Below are positions 17,187-26,800 of a DNA stretch of 36,491 bases, piece by piece. Below the pieces are notes generated by a model, which was given only the letters and a program-made list of their open reading frames with translations, did not search any database and was not told the origin of the DNA. Numbering within the stretch: the stretch's first letter is position 1; every line of letters starts with the position of its first letter. The stretch comes from Myxococcota bacterium (lineage in GTDB: Bacteria; Myxococcota_A; UBA796; GCA-2862545). A program made the translations under genes and the position numbers. The stretch covers positions 1 to 36,491 of the forward strand of contig JBCCQY010000089.1 of the NCBI GenBank assembly GCA_039208735.1, written 5' to 3'.

Positions 17187-18257
17187 CTACGATCCTCTTC
17201 GAAACTCGGTGGGCGTCAACCCCGTCCAGCTGCGAAACGCTCGACTGAATGCCGTGACGTCTGAAAAGCCGAGTTCATCAGCTACTTCAGAGACCTGACG
17301 TTCGGGCGTTCCAAGGCTTCGCTGGGCCCGTTGCTGCCGTACCTCGTTCCGTATGGCCCGGAACGAGGTTCCTTCTTCACCCAAACGACGCGCCAACGTT
17401 CGGGGCGACATCGCGAGCATGCGTGCCACCGGGTCCCGGTCGGGCACGGGTTGGCCCGCCCAGAGCAAGCGACGCACCTGCTCGGCCAACGACACGTCAA
17501 CGCGCCGCAGCGCCGCAAGATCGGCAGCCTGGCGCTCATAGGCTCGAAAGGCGAGGGGATTGGCCAGTCGCGGCTGGGCCTGAAGCACCTCGGGTCCAAA
17601 GATCATCGCCGTCTGTCGACATCCAAACCGAACCGGGCACCCCAGCACCGCGGCAATCGCCTCCGCATCGAAGGGCTTCGGCCAGGCAAAGGTCGCCTCG
17701 GTAGGCCTTAAGTCCTGGTCGGGGGCAAGGACGCAGCGCACGATCGCAAGGCTCGCTGCGAGATCGACAGTGGTCACGTACTGCTGGAGGACCGGAGTGG
17801 CCCGGGACCCGTGCGCATCGCCCGAGACCGTAAGGACCTGGGCGACATTCCCGTCGGCCGTGGGGCGGAACTCGACGCGGGCATGGCCCCAACACAACTC
17901 GGGAAAGCGCAGGCTCAACTCGCCGCAGCACATCAAATCGGGCGCATACATCATGGCCAAGCCCAGCACGCCGTAGCTTGTGACCTCTACGCCGGAACCG
18001 AAGTGGGCCGCGTGGCCCATCGGGGAGTGCTCGGGACCCAACTCCGCCGTGATGCGATTCAGACACGCCACTTCTTGCGCGTAGGTGATGGGAATATCGG
18101 GCTGATCGAGCGCGATCGGAGGAACCCCTGCGTTGAGCAGGAACGTCCGCTGCGCTTCCGGAGACCGGCCTCGCCATGCAAGCTGCATCAACACGCCAAG
18201 CACGCTGCGGCGCGGGGTGGCAAGGTCGCCCACCAGGAACGGCGCGACGTCAGCCAC
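17187..18257 (-). CDS. AraC-family transcriptional regulator (VirS/OruR-type ligand-binding domain)
   Basis: N-domain motifs YGVLGLAMMYAP and LGCPVRFG. C-terminal double HTH MSPRTLARRLGEEGTSF...LGFSDVTAFSRAFRSWTGLTPTEFR. Confidence 0.92.
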   Translation of the reverse strand: MADVAPFLVGDLATPRRSVLGVLMQLAWRGRSPEAQRTFLLNAGVPPIALDQPDIPITYAQEVACLNRITAELGPEHSPMGHAAHFGSGVEVTSYGVLGLAMMYAPDLMCCGELSLRFPELCWGHARVEFRPTADGNVAQVLTVSGDAHGSRATPVLQQYVTTVDLAASLAIVRCVLAPDQDLRPTEATFAWPKPFDAEAIAAVLGCPVRFGCRQTAMIFGPEVLQAQPRLANPLAFRAYERQAADLAALRRVDVSLAEQVRRLLWAGQPVPDRDPVARMLAMSPRTLARRLGEEGTSFRAIRNEVRQQRAQRSLGTPERQVSEVADELGFSDVTAFSRAFRSWTGLTPTEFRRGS

Positions 18258-19752
18258 GCACGCCCGCCGACGTGGTTACCCCGGGCGCCACCGGGCGTGC
18301 ATCCTCGACGCGTTTGAAGGCCAGCACGCCATCGTCGATCGTGCCCCACCGTAGCGACATCACATCCCCGAAGTAGTCGTCCCGATTGAGCCACGGTGCG
18401 GTCGTGCCCTGCCGCGGCATCTGAGCCAGACCGCGCTGGATGTAGCCGGCAGACGACAGTTTTGCCATGTACGGCTGGGTCTCTCCGGTCGTGTAGCGCG
18501 GCGTTGCAACGTCGAACCCATGGCGCTCCATGTGGTCGAACAGCCGGCACAACCAGATGGCCGCCAGATCGACCTTCAACGTCCACGACGCCGAGGTGTA
18601 GCCAATGACCGCCATCCAGTTGGGAACGTTACCGAACATCACGCCCTTGTAGGTCACGAGATCTGCGGCATCGAGAGGGCGACCATCGATCGACATGTCG
18701 ATGCCTCCGAGGACTTGCAGCTGCAAGCCCGTGGCCGTGACGACGATGTCGGCGTCGATGGTCTGGCCCGACGCCAACGTCACTCCGGTCGGTCCAAACC
18801 GCTCAATCGTGTCGGTGACAATGTCGGCGCGGTCCGACTTCAGTGCCTCGAACAAGTCTCCTTCAGGAATGAGGCAAAGTCGCTGATCCCACGGGTTGTA
18901 CTTCGGGTTGAAGTGGACATCGACATCGACCTTGCCCTCGGTGCCCTCGCGGGCCTGGTCCAGGAGATACTTCCGGATTCGCTCGGGAATGCCCTGGGCC
19001 AGGCGATAGAGCAGCCACCCCATCACCGTGTTCTTCGTGCGCACCATCGTGTGGGCCATACCTGCCGGGAACCAGCGTTTCAGCCACATGGCGACCGGAT
19101 CTTGGGCGGGACGGCTGATCACGAACGTAGGCGAGCGCTGCAACATCGTGACGTGCGCGGCGGTCTTCGCCATCTCGGGCACCAGGGTCACCGCAGTGGC
19201 TCCGCTCCCCACGATGAGCACGCGCTTGCCTGCATAATCCAAGTTCTCGGGCCAATGCTGAGGATGGATGACCTGGCCCTCGAACGTGTCGAGACCGGGC
19301 AAATCAGGGGTGTGGCCGCGTTCGTAGTTGTAGTAGCCCGTGCCCGTGACCAAGAAATGGCAGGTGAGGTCGACCACGCCGCCGTCCTTACGTTGGACCC
19401 GCAGACGCCAGCGGCGCTCGGTCGAGGACCACGCGGCTTCCAGCACCCGATGGTGAAAGCGAATGTGGGGCTCAAGGTTGTACTCGTCGACCGTCTCGTG
19501 CAGGTAGTTGCGAATCGCTTCGGCCGTCGCCAAGTTGCGGTCCGCCACCCACGGCTTGAATGCGTAGCCGAACGTGTACATGTCCGAGTCGGACCGGATG
19601 CCCGGATACCGGAACAGATCCCACGTCCCTCCGATGGCATGGCGACCTTCCAGCATCACAAACGTGCGGTCGGGCTGTCGTTGGCGGAGGTGCGCGGCCA
19701 CTCCGATGCCCGAAATTCCCGCGCCCACGATGATGACATCGACGTGTTCCAT
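18250..19752 (-). CDS. FAD/NADPH-dependent Baeyer-Villiger monooxygenase, EthA/MymA-like
   Basis: GAGISG, GGTWDLFRYPGIRSDSD, BVMO fingerprint FEGQVIHPQHWP, GSGATAVT and PWDQRLC. Confidence 0.92.
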   Translation of the reverse strand: MEHVDVIIVGAGISGIGVAAHLRQRQPDRTFVMLEGRHAIGGTWDLFRYPGIRSDSDMYTFGYAFKPWVADRNLATAEAIRNYLHETVDEYNLEPHIRFHHRVLEAAWSSTERRWRLRVQRKDGGVVDLTCHFLVTGTGYYNYERGHTPDLPGLDTFEGQVIHPQHWPENLDYAGKRVLIVGSGATAVTLVPEMAKTAAHVTMLQRSPTFVISRPAQDPVAMWLKRWFPAGMAHTMVRTKNTVMGWLLYRLAQGIPERIRKYLLDQAREGTEGKVDVDVHFNPKYNPWDQRLCLIPEGDLFEALKSDRADIVTDTIERFGPTGVTLASGQTIDADIVVTATGLQLQVLGGIDMSIDGRPLDAADLVTYKGVMFGNVPNWMAVIGYTSASWTLKVDLAAIWLCRLFDHMERHGFDVATPRYTTGETQPYMAKLSSAGYIQRGLAQMPRQGTTAPWLNRDDYFGDVMSLRWGTIDDGVLAFKRVEDARPVAPGVTTSAGVRG

Positions 19753-19941
19753 CTCGCCCTCCCGGCGGCCCGAACGCTTCGGGCCAACCGCATGACCTCA
19801 CCCGTCTAAACGTAGAGCATCTGCGGCCGGTTTACCCGTACCCCCGAGGCCAACCTGTTGACATTCGGGGCCACGATCACGGGCATGGGTCGCAGCTTCC
19901 CATTCGGCGCCAAATTGGTTACGCCAACGCCCTCGATTCTC

Positions 19942-19960
19942 GAAAGTGAATTTCATTTTC
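19942..19960 (+). promoter_or_regulatory. Fur-box-like operator upstream of the TonB-dependent receptor
   Basis: GAAAGTGAATTTCATTTTC is a 9-1-9 inverted repeat (8/9 symmetric) matching GATAATGATAATCATTATC at 13/19. It is an AT-rich patch 14 nt before the GTG start. Confidence 0.7.
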
Positions 19961-19974
19961 AATAGAGGCGACTG

Positions 19975-22329
19975 GTGTTTGGTTCCGCACTTCCTGTCTG
20001 CATGGTCCTTGTGAGCCCTGCTGTCGCGGACGAGCCGCACACCAAAGGTCGGGTTGAGGTTCGGCTTGAGTCCACCGTTGAAGCTTCCGAAACGTCGATC
20101 CAGCTGGTTGGCAAGGGCGAGGCGGTGTGGACACTCCGCCTCGAGCCGGATGGGCGTTGGGTGGCCACGCCACCTCCCGGCTCCTACGACCTTGTCGCCT
20201 TCGTGGACGGTTTGTTGGTCCACCGTCAAGCGCTGACGCTCAGCCCTGGCGAAACCGTGCTTCGCGTCATCCAGGTTGACGCGGATCCTGAACTCTCCGA
20301 CGGCGTCATGGTGGTCGAAGGGCAGTCCGACCGCACCAAGCTTGCACGGCAGCCCCTTGCGGTGACTTCGGTCGACACCACAGAGGCCAAGCGGGCCTCG
20401 GCTGACCTTGGCGAAGTACTTGCTCAAAGCCCAGGTTTATCAGTTCGACGCAATGGCGCACTGGGGGCTGGCTCGACGATCGCACTTCACGGACTTCAGG
20501 GCGAGCAAGTGCGCCTGTTCATCGACGGCGTGCCCCTGGATGCCGCGGGGTACATCGGCGACTTGTCCACGGTTCCGGTCAACGTGGTCGATCGCATTGA
20601 TGTGTACAAAGGCGTGCTGCCCGTTCGCTTGGGCACAGATGCCCTCGGTGGCGCACTGAATCTGGTCACTCGGCCGGCCACGCCTGGCGTGCACGGCAGC
20701 ACCTCGGTGCAAGCAGGCTCGTTCGGGACCTACCGAGGCAGCGCCACGGTGAGCGTTCGACCCGCCGACACGGGCTGGTTCGTCCGTGCCCAAGCCTTCG
20801 GCGACTACGCCGAAAACGACTACCGGGTCGCCGTCGAGGTTCCAAACGACCTTGGTCGGCTTGAAGATGCGGTGGTTCCTCGCTTTCACGACCGCTATCG
20901 AGGCGTCGGCGGCCGAGCGGTTGCCGGGCGTTACGGCAAGGGGGTCCTCGACCTTGCCGAACTCAGCCTGTTTGGCAGCGCCTTTGACAAGGAAGTGCAG
21001 CACGATCCTGTCATGATCGTGCCCTACGGTGAGGTGCTGCGAACGGCGTCAACGGTGGGCAGCTCCCTGCGAATGCTTGGCGGGGGAGACCGCGCGAACG
21101 TGGAACTTGTGGCGAGCCACGCCCGCAACCGGTTTGGGCTCGAGGACGTGTCGGACTGCTTCTACAGTTGGTTTGGCACCTGCAACAACGAACGGACGGT
21201 TCCAGGAGAGATAGGCGACGCCACCGAGACGCGACTCATCGACCGTGAGACCTTTGGGCGCCTCGTCACCACGTGGTCGCCCGCTTCCGCCCACACCTTC
21301 GAGTTCTCTGCCACCGGCCGAATCTTTGGGCGACAAGGCGATGACCTCCTCATCGACGAAGCGGCCGGTGAATTCGACCCGTTGACCGCAGAGCGCGACC
21401 TGTGGAGCCTGGTCACCGGGCTCAGCTACACGCTGCGCCCTCGTGGCGACCGCGCCGAAATCCTCGCATTCGGCAAGTCCTACCACCAAACGCTGCGCAG
21501 TGAGCAGGTCTCGTTCGGCGACGCGTTTGTGCGGACCGACCGGTCGACCAACGACGTTGGCGGCGGGCTGGGCGTTCGCGTCGAACCCCTGCGCGGTTGG
21601 CGATTCAAAACCTCATACGAGTACGCGATTCGCCAGCCCACCCCCGAGCAACTCTTTGGCGACGGGTTGCTGGTGGTCGAGAATCTGGGACTCAGACCCG
21701 AGCGCAGCCACAACGTCAATGTTGGGGTGACAGCAACCACCCCCAGCCATCGAACATGGGCCGGTGAGGCCGAGGTGACGGGCTTTGTACGACAGACCGA
21801 AGACCTCATTTCGACGTTTTCATCGCCGCTATTCACGGTGAACGAGAACCTCTTCGAGGCCCGAAGCGTCGGGGTCGAGGGGATCGTGAAGGGTGGGCTT
21901 ACGAGCGGGCGCCTCGTGTTGGACGCCAATGGGACTTGGCTCGATCTGCGGAACACATCCGAGGGCGGCGAATTTGGCGCCTTCGCAGGCGACCGAATCC
22001 CGAATCGCCCTTGGCTTTTTGCAACGGGATCCGCCCGCAGTCGCTGGCCACTTCCCGCCCAAAACCTGTCGCTCACCGCCTACTGGACGACCCGCTTCAC
22101 CGGCCGGTTCACGAGGAACTGGCAGAGCGTTGCCAATCCGTCGTTCGCGTCGGGGTTGCCGACCCAGCTCGCCCACTCCGCAGGCCTTGGGCTGCTTTGG
22201 GGCCGCGAAGGAAACGAAGCCAGCCTCACGGTCGACCTGCAGAACCTCTCCAATGCCCTTCTCTTCGATGTCTTCGGCGTTCAGCGACCCGGTCGAGCGC
22301 TGTCCGCCAAGCTGACCTTCACCTGGTGA
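19975..22329 (+). CDS. TonB-dependent receptor (siderophore/iron uptake type, myxochelin receptor MxcH-like)
   Basis: GAGG RBS and signal peptide. Plug motifs LAQSPGLSVRR, LFIDGVP, DRIDVYKG and DALGGALNL. Barrel motifs NLGLRPERSHN and LQNLSN...PGR, ending in W. Confidence 0.9.
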   Translation: MFGSALPVCMVLVSPAVADEPHTKGRVEVRLESTVEASETSIQLVGKGEAVWTLRLEPDGRWVATPPPGSYDLVAFVDGLLVHRQALTLSPGETVLRVIQVDADPELSDGVMVVEGQSDRTKLARQPLAVTSVDTTEAKRASADLGEVLAQSPGLSVRRNGALGAGSTIALHGLQGEQVRLFIDGVPLDAAGYIGDLSTVPVNVVDRIDVYKGVLPVRLGTDALGGALNLVTRPATPGVHGSTSVQAGSFGTYRGSATVSVRPADTGWFVRAQAFGDYAENDYRVAVEVPNDLGRLEDAVVPRFHDRYRGVGGRAVAGRYGKGVLDLAELSLFGSAFDKEVQHDPVMIVPYGEVLRTASTVGSSLRMLGGGDRANVELVASHARNRFGLEDVSDCFYSWFGTCNNERTVPGEIGDATETRLIDRETFGRLVTTWSPASAHTFEFSATGRIFGRQGDDLLIDEAAGEFDPLTAERDLWSLVTGLSYTLRPRGDRAEILAFGKSYHQTLRSEQVSFGDAFVRTDRSTNDVGGGLGVRVEPLRGWRFKTSYEYAIRQPTPEQLFGDGLLVVENLGLRPERSHNVNVGVTATTPSHRTWAGEAEVTGFVRQTEDLISTFSSPLFTVNENLFEARSVGVEGIVKGGLTSGRLVLDANGTWLDLRNTSEGGEFGAFAGDRIPNRPWLFATGSARSRWPLPAQNLSLTAYWTTRFTGRFTRNWQSVANPSFASGLPTQLAHSAGLGLLWGREGNEASLTVDLQNLSNALLFDVFGVQRPGRALSAKLTFTW

Positions 22330-22344
22330 CCCCATGGAGTTCCC

Positions 22345-23526
22345 ATGCGCCAACTGACCTCATTGTTCCTGCTTCCCTTCACCTTCGCGTGCCTCCCCGA
22401 AGAGGTCGAAAGCGAAACACCGGTGATCGAAGCTGAATCCGGCAGCTACTACATGTCGTTCAGCATCGAGACGCCCGACAACACGTTGTGGGTCTTGGGC
22501 TTGTCTGAAACGCTCGATGAATCGCTCGTCGACCTCGAAAACGTGTTCGAGTTTGACGGGATTGTCCGAGAGTTCGGGGGCGACTTCTACGTCAACGCGG
22601 GCGCTCGGATCACCAAATGGACGGTGGACGACGGTGCCTTGACCGAGGGGCCCACCCTCGATCTGTCAGGTGAGGGCATCGAAGGCGGCTACTTTCTCGT
22701 CGCTGACGCGGACAATGGCTTTCTGCTCGACAACCAGAACCTGGTCGTGACCCAGTTCAATCCCACGACCATGCTCATCACCGAGTCCTACGATCTAAGT
22801 TCGATTCCACGGGACGACATTGGGCAGGAAATCCGACGCCCCATCTACCGCGACGGCACGCTGTTCATCTACATCGCCTACACCGACAACCGCCAGGTCT
22901 TCATCAACAACCTCACGGTGGGTGTCCTCGACCTCGAATCGGGCGACGTCACGGTGCTCGAAGATGAGCGCTGCCCCGTGTCGGCCGGCTTTGGCGGCTA
23001 CCTCGACGAAAACAATGATCTCTACCTGTGGGGTGACGCCTTTGGGGGCTTCGCTGTGTTCGCGGGTGAAACCAAGCCGAACTGCTTGCTGCGAATCCCC
23101 AGTGGCAGCACCACGTTCGACGACTTTCAGTTCACCCCTCAGACCCTTCTGCCGCAATTCTTCCCCTTCGGGATGCACTATGCGGGCAATGGTGTTGCCA
23201 CGGGGTCAGGACTGGACCTTGCCGCAATCTTGGGAGCTAAAGACCCCTTTGCGGCATTCGCGGCCAACAGCCACGCGACCATCGCCTACGACATCACCAC
23301 GGGCGAGGCACTACTCGTCGACGACATCCCGCTTGGCGGATTGCAGACCGAGTCCAACTACCAGGTGGAGGGCTTGACCTACCTGGCGCCGACCACCGGA
23401 GAGATCGATGTCGACGACTTCACAAACGTCGAAAGCTCGATGATCGAACTCGACCCAGAAACCCTCGAGGCGTCCGAGCTGTTCAGGTTCCCTGGCTTCC
23501 TTGGTGGCTTCGGTCGAATCGAGTAG
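22345..23526 (+). CDS. Acidic surface lipoprotein partner of the TonB receptor (MxcI-like)
   Basis: GGAG RBS and lipobox TFAC. Beta-rich with DERCP and NCLLRI motifs, 15 nt downstream of the receptor. Confidence 0.72.
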   Translation: MRQLTSLFLLPFTFACLPEEVESETPVIEAESGSYYMSFSIETPDNTLWVLGLSETLDESLVDLENVFEFDGIVREFGGDFYVNAGARITKWTVDDGALTEGPTLDLSGEGIEGGYFLVADADNGFLLDNQNLVVTQFNPTTMLITESYDLSSIPRDDIGQEIRRPIYRDGTLFIYIAYTDNRQVFINNLTVGVLDLESGDVTVLEDERCPVSAGFGGYLDENNDLYLWGDAFGGFAVFAGETKPNCLLRIPSGSTTFDDFQFTPQTLLPQFFPFGMHYAGNGVATGSGLDLAAILGAKDPFAAFAANSHATIAYDITTGEALLVDDIPLGGLQTESNYQVEGLTYLAPTTGEIDVDDFTNVESSMIELDPETLEASELFRFPGFLGGFGRIE

Positions 23527-23874
23527 ACATGAACGCTTGAGCCCATGAACAAATCTTCACTGCACATACGTCCACAAGCCTGAAAGTGAAGTTCGTTCCT
23601 TCAGTAGGCGAACCGACCCCAGATCCTTCACCAGAGTTTTCCACAGCATGAGCGCTATGCGGCCCAGAGGTAGCAACTCTGCTAAAATGGCCACATAGCA
23701 TTTTGTTGTTCCAAATAGCCAAACGGGCGCCCGCATGGTTGGGCCCATCGCCCCGAGAGCGCCAACTTCAGGCCATGGCCCGATGGCAGCGTCGGCCCAA
23801 GCTTGACCGTCCTTCAATGGCATGCTCTGCGACGAGTGCAAGCGCCTCAACAGCAAGCCACTTGGATCCCCCGG

Positions 23875-26800
23875 CTATCGGTCGGATGCCGCAGGCCGGG
23901 CGGCACTCGGGAGCTGCACCCGGACGATCGTGCCCACCCCCTCGGTGCTCTCGATGCGGATGCTGCCCTGCATGCGTTCGACGAACTCCTTGCAGATCGC
24001 CAGGCCGAGCCCCGTGCCGTCATGGCGCCGGGTGTGGGAGTTGTCGGCCTGATGGAATCGCTCGAACACGTGGGACAACGACTCGGCTGGGATTCCGATC
24101 CCCTTGTCCTGCACCACCAGCTCGATGCAATTGGAGGTGTGCGCCCGGCTCGATACGTGGATCGTCTCCCGATCGCTGAACTTCGCGGCGTTGCTGATCA
24201 GGTTCGCCAGCACCTGCCGGAGCCGCTTGGCATCGGCTAGGACGCGGCGAGCGTCGGATGCGAGCGCGACGGTCACACGGTCCTGCACTGAGACGGCCTC
24301 TGGAAGGGCGAGCGCCACCCCCGCGGCGACGGCCTGTTCGAGGTCGACCTCCTCGATCTCGAACTCGAGCTGACCGGCGCTGATTCGCGTCAGATCCAGC
24401 ACATCGTCGATGATCGTCAGCAGGTGCACGGCCGCGATGTGCACCTGCTCCAAGTCTTCACAGAGTTCGCGCTGCTCGGAGTCCACGAGTTCCTCCGCCA
24501 CCATCTCGGTGTAGCCGAGGATCGCGTTCAGGGGCGTTCGCAGCTCGTGGCTCATGTTGGCCAGAAACTGGTCCTTGGCTCGGTTCGCCGCCTCAGCCGC
24601 CTCGCGTGCCCGCCGAAGCGTCTGGTGTTCCAGGTTCGCAGCCCGAGCCATCTCCACCGCGATCGCGATGTGGTTCGCCATGCCGAGCAGGAGCTCTACG
24701 TCCTCGGCGTTGAACACACCATTGGCCAACCTGCTGTCGAGGTACACCACGCCGACCAAGTGCTCCCGCACCAGCAGGGGAGCGGCGATGATCGAGCGGA
24801 GGCCCTGCAGTACCACACTCCGCGCTCCGAGCACCTCTCCTTCGTCGGAGCTGGTGAGGATCAGCGGCTCCCGCGTGGCCACAACCCGTCTTAGGACGGT
24901 CTGGCTCACCGGAGACGGGTCCTCCCCAGTGTCGGCGACTTGGACGAGCTGGCCGCTTTCGGTGTCCACGCTGAAGAAGCGGGCGCGCTCCGCCCCGAGC
25001 AGGCGGGTCAGCTCGCCGAGAACGCTTCGGGCTTGCTGCTGTGGTTCCAGGGAGCTCGCGGAGGCCAGGCTCACCGTAAGCAGCGCATTGGCCAGTCGGC
25101 GCGACCGATCGGCCTCCAGGCTCTCCGCTTCGTCCGTGACCGTCGGACGAGAGAGCAGGGGAGAGCTTCCGGAACTGGATCGCACCGGTCGCAGCTGGGC
25201 CGAAGCCTCCTCGAGACCAAAGGTGGAGGCGATGTGTCGGACCCGAGCCTGGTACCCGAGTTCGTGGGCGAGCGACAAGGCAACCTCTCCATCGCGCTTA
25301 GCCGCGCGGTGGTTGCCTTGCGCCCGACGGACGTGGGCTCGCAGGGTAAACGAGGTCAGCCGAGCCCAGGGACAGTCGCAATCAGCGGCGAGACGCTCCG
25401 CCCGCCCGAGCTCGTCCAAAGCTTGCTCGGGTTTGCCCTTGACGAAGAGAAGCCCGCCGCACACCGCGTGGTAATGCGCATCGTAGGCAGGAACGAACCG
25501 CAGCTTGCGGAGCTGGACCGTGGCCCAACGAAGCTTGCGGCGCCATCGCTTCTGCGTCTTCGCGTCCTCGGCGGCCAGCGCTCGCCAGAGACATCCGAGC
25601 GCCATCGCGACGAGCTGAGGACGAAAGACGCTGAGGTCGCTGGCAGCCCGACGGCCGGAGGCTCGAAACTGCGCGATCACCTCCTCGAGCGGCGTTCCGA
25701 GGTCGGCTTGGTCCATCTGGAGAAACGCGTGCAGCTGCTGCACGAATGCCTCCTTGATGGGGTGATCGATCGTCGGAAGGTCGCGGTAGAGCGACTCCAC
25801 CTGGAGGGCGTTCGACAACGCCTGCTCGTGCTGACCGAGGAGCGAGAGGCTGATCCCGCTCACCATCAGCTCGACGCCTGCGTGGTTCGGAATGAGTTCG
25901 TTCCCCGAGGCACGGAGATCGCCGAAGGCCGCCTCCACACCATGCAGAGCTTCGGCGGCATACCCGAGCTCGACGCGTGCTGCTCCGAGGTAGAGGTGGA
26001 GCACGGCGAAGTCGTACATCTTGAGCCACTGGACGTGTTGCGAGGTGACATGGGCGAGTTGCTCGGAACTCTCGCTCGATGCGCCGATGATCTGCAGCAC
26101 GACCCCTCGAACGAACGAAGCTCGGGCAACAGCGACGGGATTCGACAAGGACCGCGCGACCTCCACCCCGTAGTCCACCCAGGTCCGGGCCAACCGAGCA
26201 CGTCGGAGGTAGCCATGGAGCATGCCGACGTACCCCGAACTCACCGCGAGGGCCGTAGAAGGACCCAGCCGTTGAGCGATGCGATACCACCGCGCGATCA
26301 CGTAGAACATCTCACCCGGCCGATTGCGCGCCGAGGCCAACAACATCCAGGTGTCGTACAGTTCACTGAGAGTGCGAAGGCGATTCGCCTCGATCTCGTT
26401 CGGAAGCGTCTTGGACACACGGCCCAACGCTGCAACGGCCTGGTGCCATAGCCCGAGGGGGACCTGCCAAAGGCGAGACGGCGGCGGTTCTCGAAGGGCG
26501 ACAAGACCCGATCGCGTGTGCTCCTCCGCCTCGTCGAAGAGCATGTTGACGACCGTGGTGTATGCGAGGCTCGCGAGGTTCCTCCCCCGCCGGATCGGGT
26601 CGTTGACCTCGGGCAGGAGCTGCTTCACGCATCGCTCGAACTCGAGGAAGTCCTTGGTCAAGGAAGCGGCCGCCGCGTACTGCTCCTCGAGGTCGAAGTC
26701 CAGCCCTCGGCCAGCGGTCGTGCGCGCCGCCCGCGCCTCGGCCAGGAAGCGGTAGGCCTCGGCGGGCGCAAAGTCCTCCAGGGCCTTGTTCCCGGCTTCG

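Noticed and set aside
23557..23856. 99-aa minus-strand ORF after the hybrid kinase
   Set aside because: TTG start without a clear RBS, atypical composition and no motif. Not supportable as a gene.
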